Source: Octopus sinensis
Taxonomy: Eukaryota
Assembly (NCBI RefSeq): GCF_006345805.1
Contig: NW_021834381.1
Span: forward strand, 1-49,825
Length of the DNA: 49,825 nucleotides
Reading direction: 5' to 3'
Shown here: in pieces, positions 48,825 through 49,825 of the stretch
How the letters are laid out: each line of letters begins with the position of its first letter
Numbering within the stretch: position 1 is the first letter of the stretch
The notes under the pieces: model-generated
Told to the model about the DNA's origin: nothing
Database searches by the model: none
What the model saw: the letters and a program-made list of their open reading frames with translations, nothing else
Translations under genes and position numbers: made by a program

Positions 48825-49184
48825 CTCGCAGTGTTTCGATATCAGCCTGGACAAACCATCCACTTGCCCTATGGCAACTATTCCATTTTGTAATCATCAT
48901 TCAATAATGTAGTGCCTCATCGCTATCATCTATTTGCTGTGTGTAGGTTGACATTCCTATTTTAGAACTGTCTATTAACAGTAGCGGGTGATGGTCAGTT
49001 TGTAGATAGAAACTTCTTCCATGAATAAATTTATGGAATTTTTTTCACATCGAATATGAATTGCTAATGCTTCCTTTTCTATCTGGCTATAGTTCCTTTC
49101 AGCTGATAATAACAATCGTGATGCATGGGCTGTAGTCTTTTTACTCCCATCAGCATATTTGTGTAGAAGCACAGACAAAACAGC
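48825..49184 (-). mobile_element. Ty3/gypsy pol fragment (RNase H)
   Basis: [42 protein letters not shown], then a frameshifted TDH.PLL-like segment. Confidence 0.8.
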
Positions 49185-49395
49185 TAAAATACAACACACA
49201 GAAATGAAAGAGAAAATTAGGAGAGGGTATTACAGGAGAATTAGACTAATTTTAAGCACTGAACATAATGCTAAAAATAAGATAATAGGGATAAACACGC
49301 TAGTTGTACTAGTCATAAACTACGGCTTTGACATAATAAACTGGAAGATTAGTGAATTGAGAAACTTAGAAAAACTACGTAATGGTTTTAGTTGA
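49185..49395 (+). mobile_element. R4/Dong-like non-LTR fragment
   Basis: [30 protein letters not shown]...INYGFDIINWKISELRNL matches the post-RT region of R4/Dong-type elements. Confidence 0.7.
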
Positions 49396-49495
49396 AAATC
49401 CTTTCAACTTCAGTCTCCTGATTGGAATCAAACAAGGGTCAGACAACAGCAGTGACATTAGTGTGACAGTCAACAACAACAAAAGTAAAACTTAC

Positions 49496-49644
49496 TTGCT
49501 TTATTAATTCTGTTTTCCCAACAAAACACAATCCATAAATCTGTATGATCGTAATGTAACTTGTGATAGCCTTCCGCAAATCATCAATCATCTTCTTGTG
49601 ATGTTCCCGGAATAATTCAGGAAGCATTTTGGATTCTGATGAGC
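49496..49644 (-). CDS. STAND/NB-ARC-TPR gene, first exon in window (internal exon, Walker A)
   Basis: Pyrimidine-rich acceptor ttttcttcgtAG, donor AAGCAA|gtaagt; phase 1 to 0; encodes SSESKMLPELFREHHKKMIDDLRKAITSYITIIQIYGLCFVGKTELIKQ with a GxxxxGKT P-loop. Confidence 0.88.
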
Positions 49645-49825
49645 CTACGAAGAAAAGAAAAAAATGTTAGCCAGAGATATATATATATATATACATACAT
49701 GCACACATGTGGTAGGCATACATACATACATACTACATATATATTATATACATACTTGCATACATAATATATATAACATATATATATATTATATATATAT
49801 ATATATATATATTGTGTGTGTGTGT

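Noticed and set aside
49636-49652. CTGATGAG...GAAG at the exon acceptor
   Set aside because: No stem II; coincidental overlap with coding sequence and the splice site.

Overview
Eukaryotic, very AT-rich, microsatellite-saturated genomic DNA; the repeat landscape suggests an octopus (inference, not verified). Most of the window is one large minus-strand host gene, 5'-incomplete. I could splice nine exons by hand (49644 down to about 10299/10263) with GT-AG sites and matching intron phases. They give about 720 codons of a STAND/NB-ARC-like P-loop NTPase (Walker A GLCFVGKT, Walker B IIVFDHFD, GFPL motif, winged-helix LQP) followed by TPR-like helical repeats, i.e. an NLR-like receptor architecture whose N-terminal effector lies outside the window. 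The introns are filled with tRNA-derived SINEs (three main families plus mosaics), RTE, BovB-like, CR1 and R4/Dong LINE fragments, a gypsy RNase H fragment, Helitron pieces (two terminally intact non-autonomous copies), MITE-like elements and Penelope-type repeats. The most unusual signal is a set of type I hammerhead ribozyme folds: one with a fully canonical core (32343-32427), one inside a 365-bp retrozyme-like tandem unit (32583-33110), and several variants. The best-preserved ones lie antisense to the host gene. Several perfect or near-perfect inverted repeats and a polarity-switching minisatellite built from a hAT terminus are also present. Most short ORFs in the track are microsatellite or repeat artefacts.
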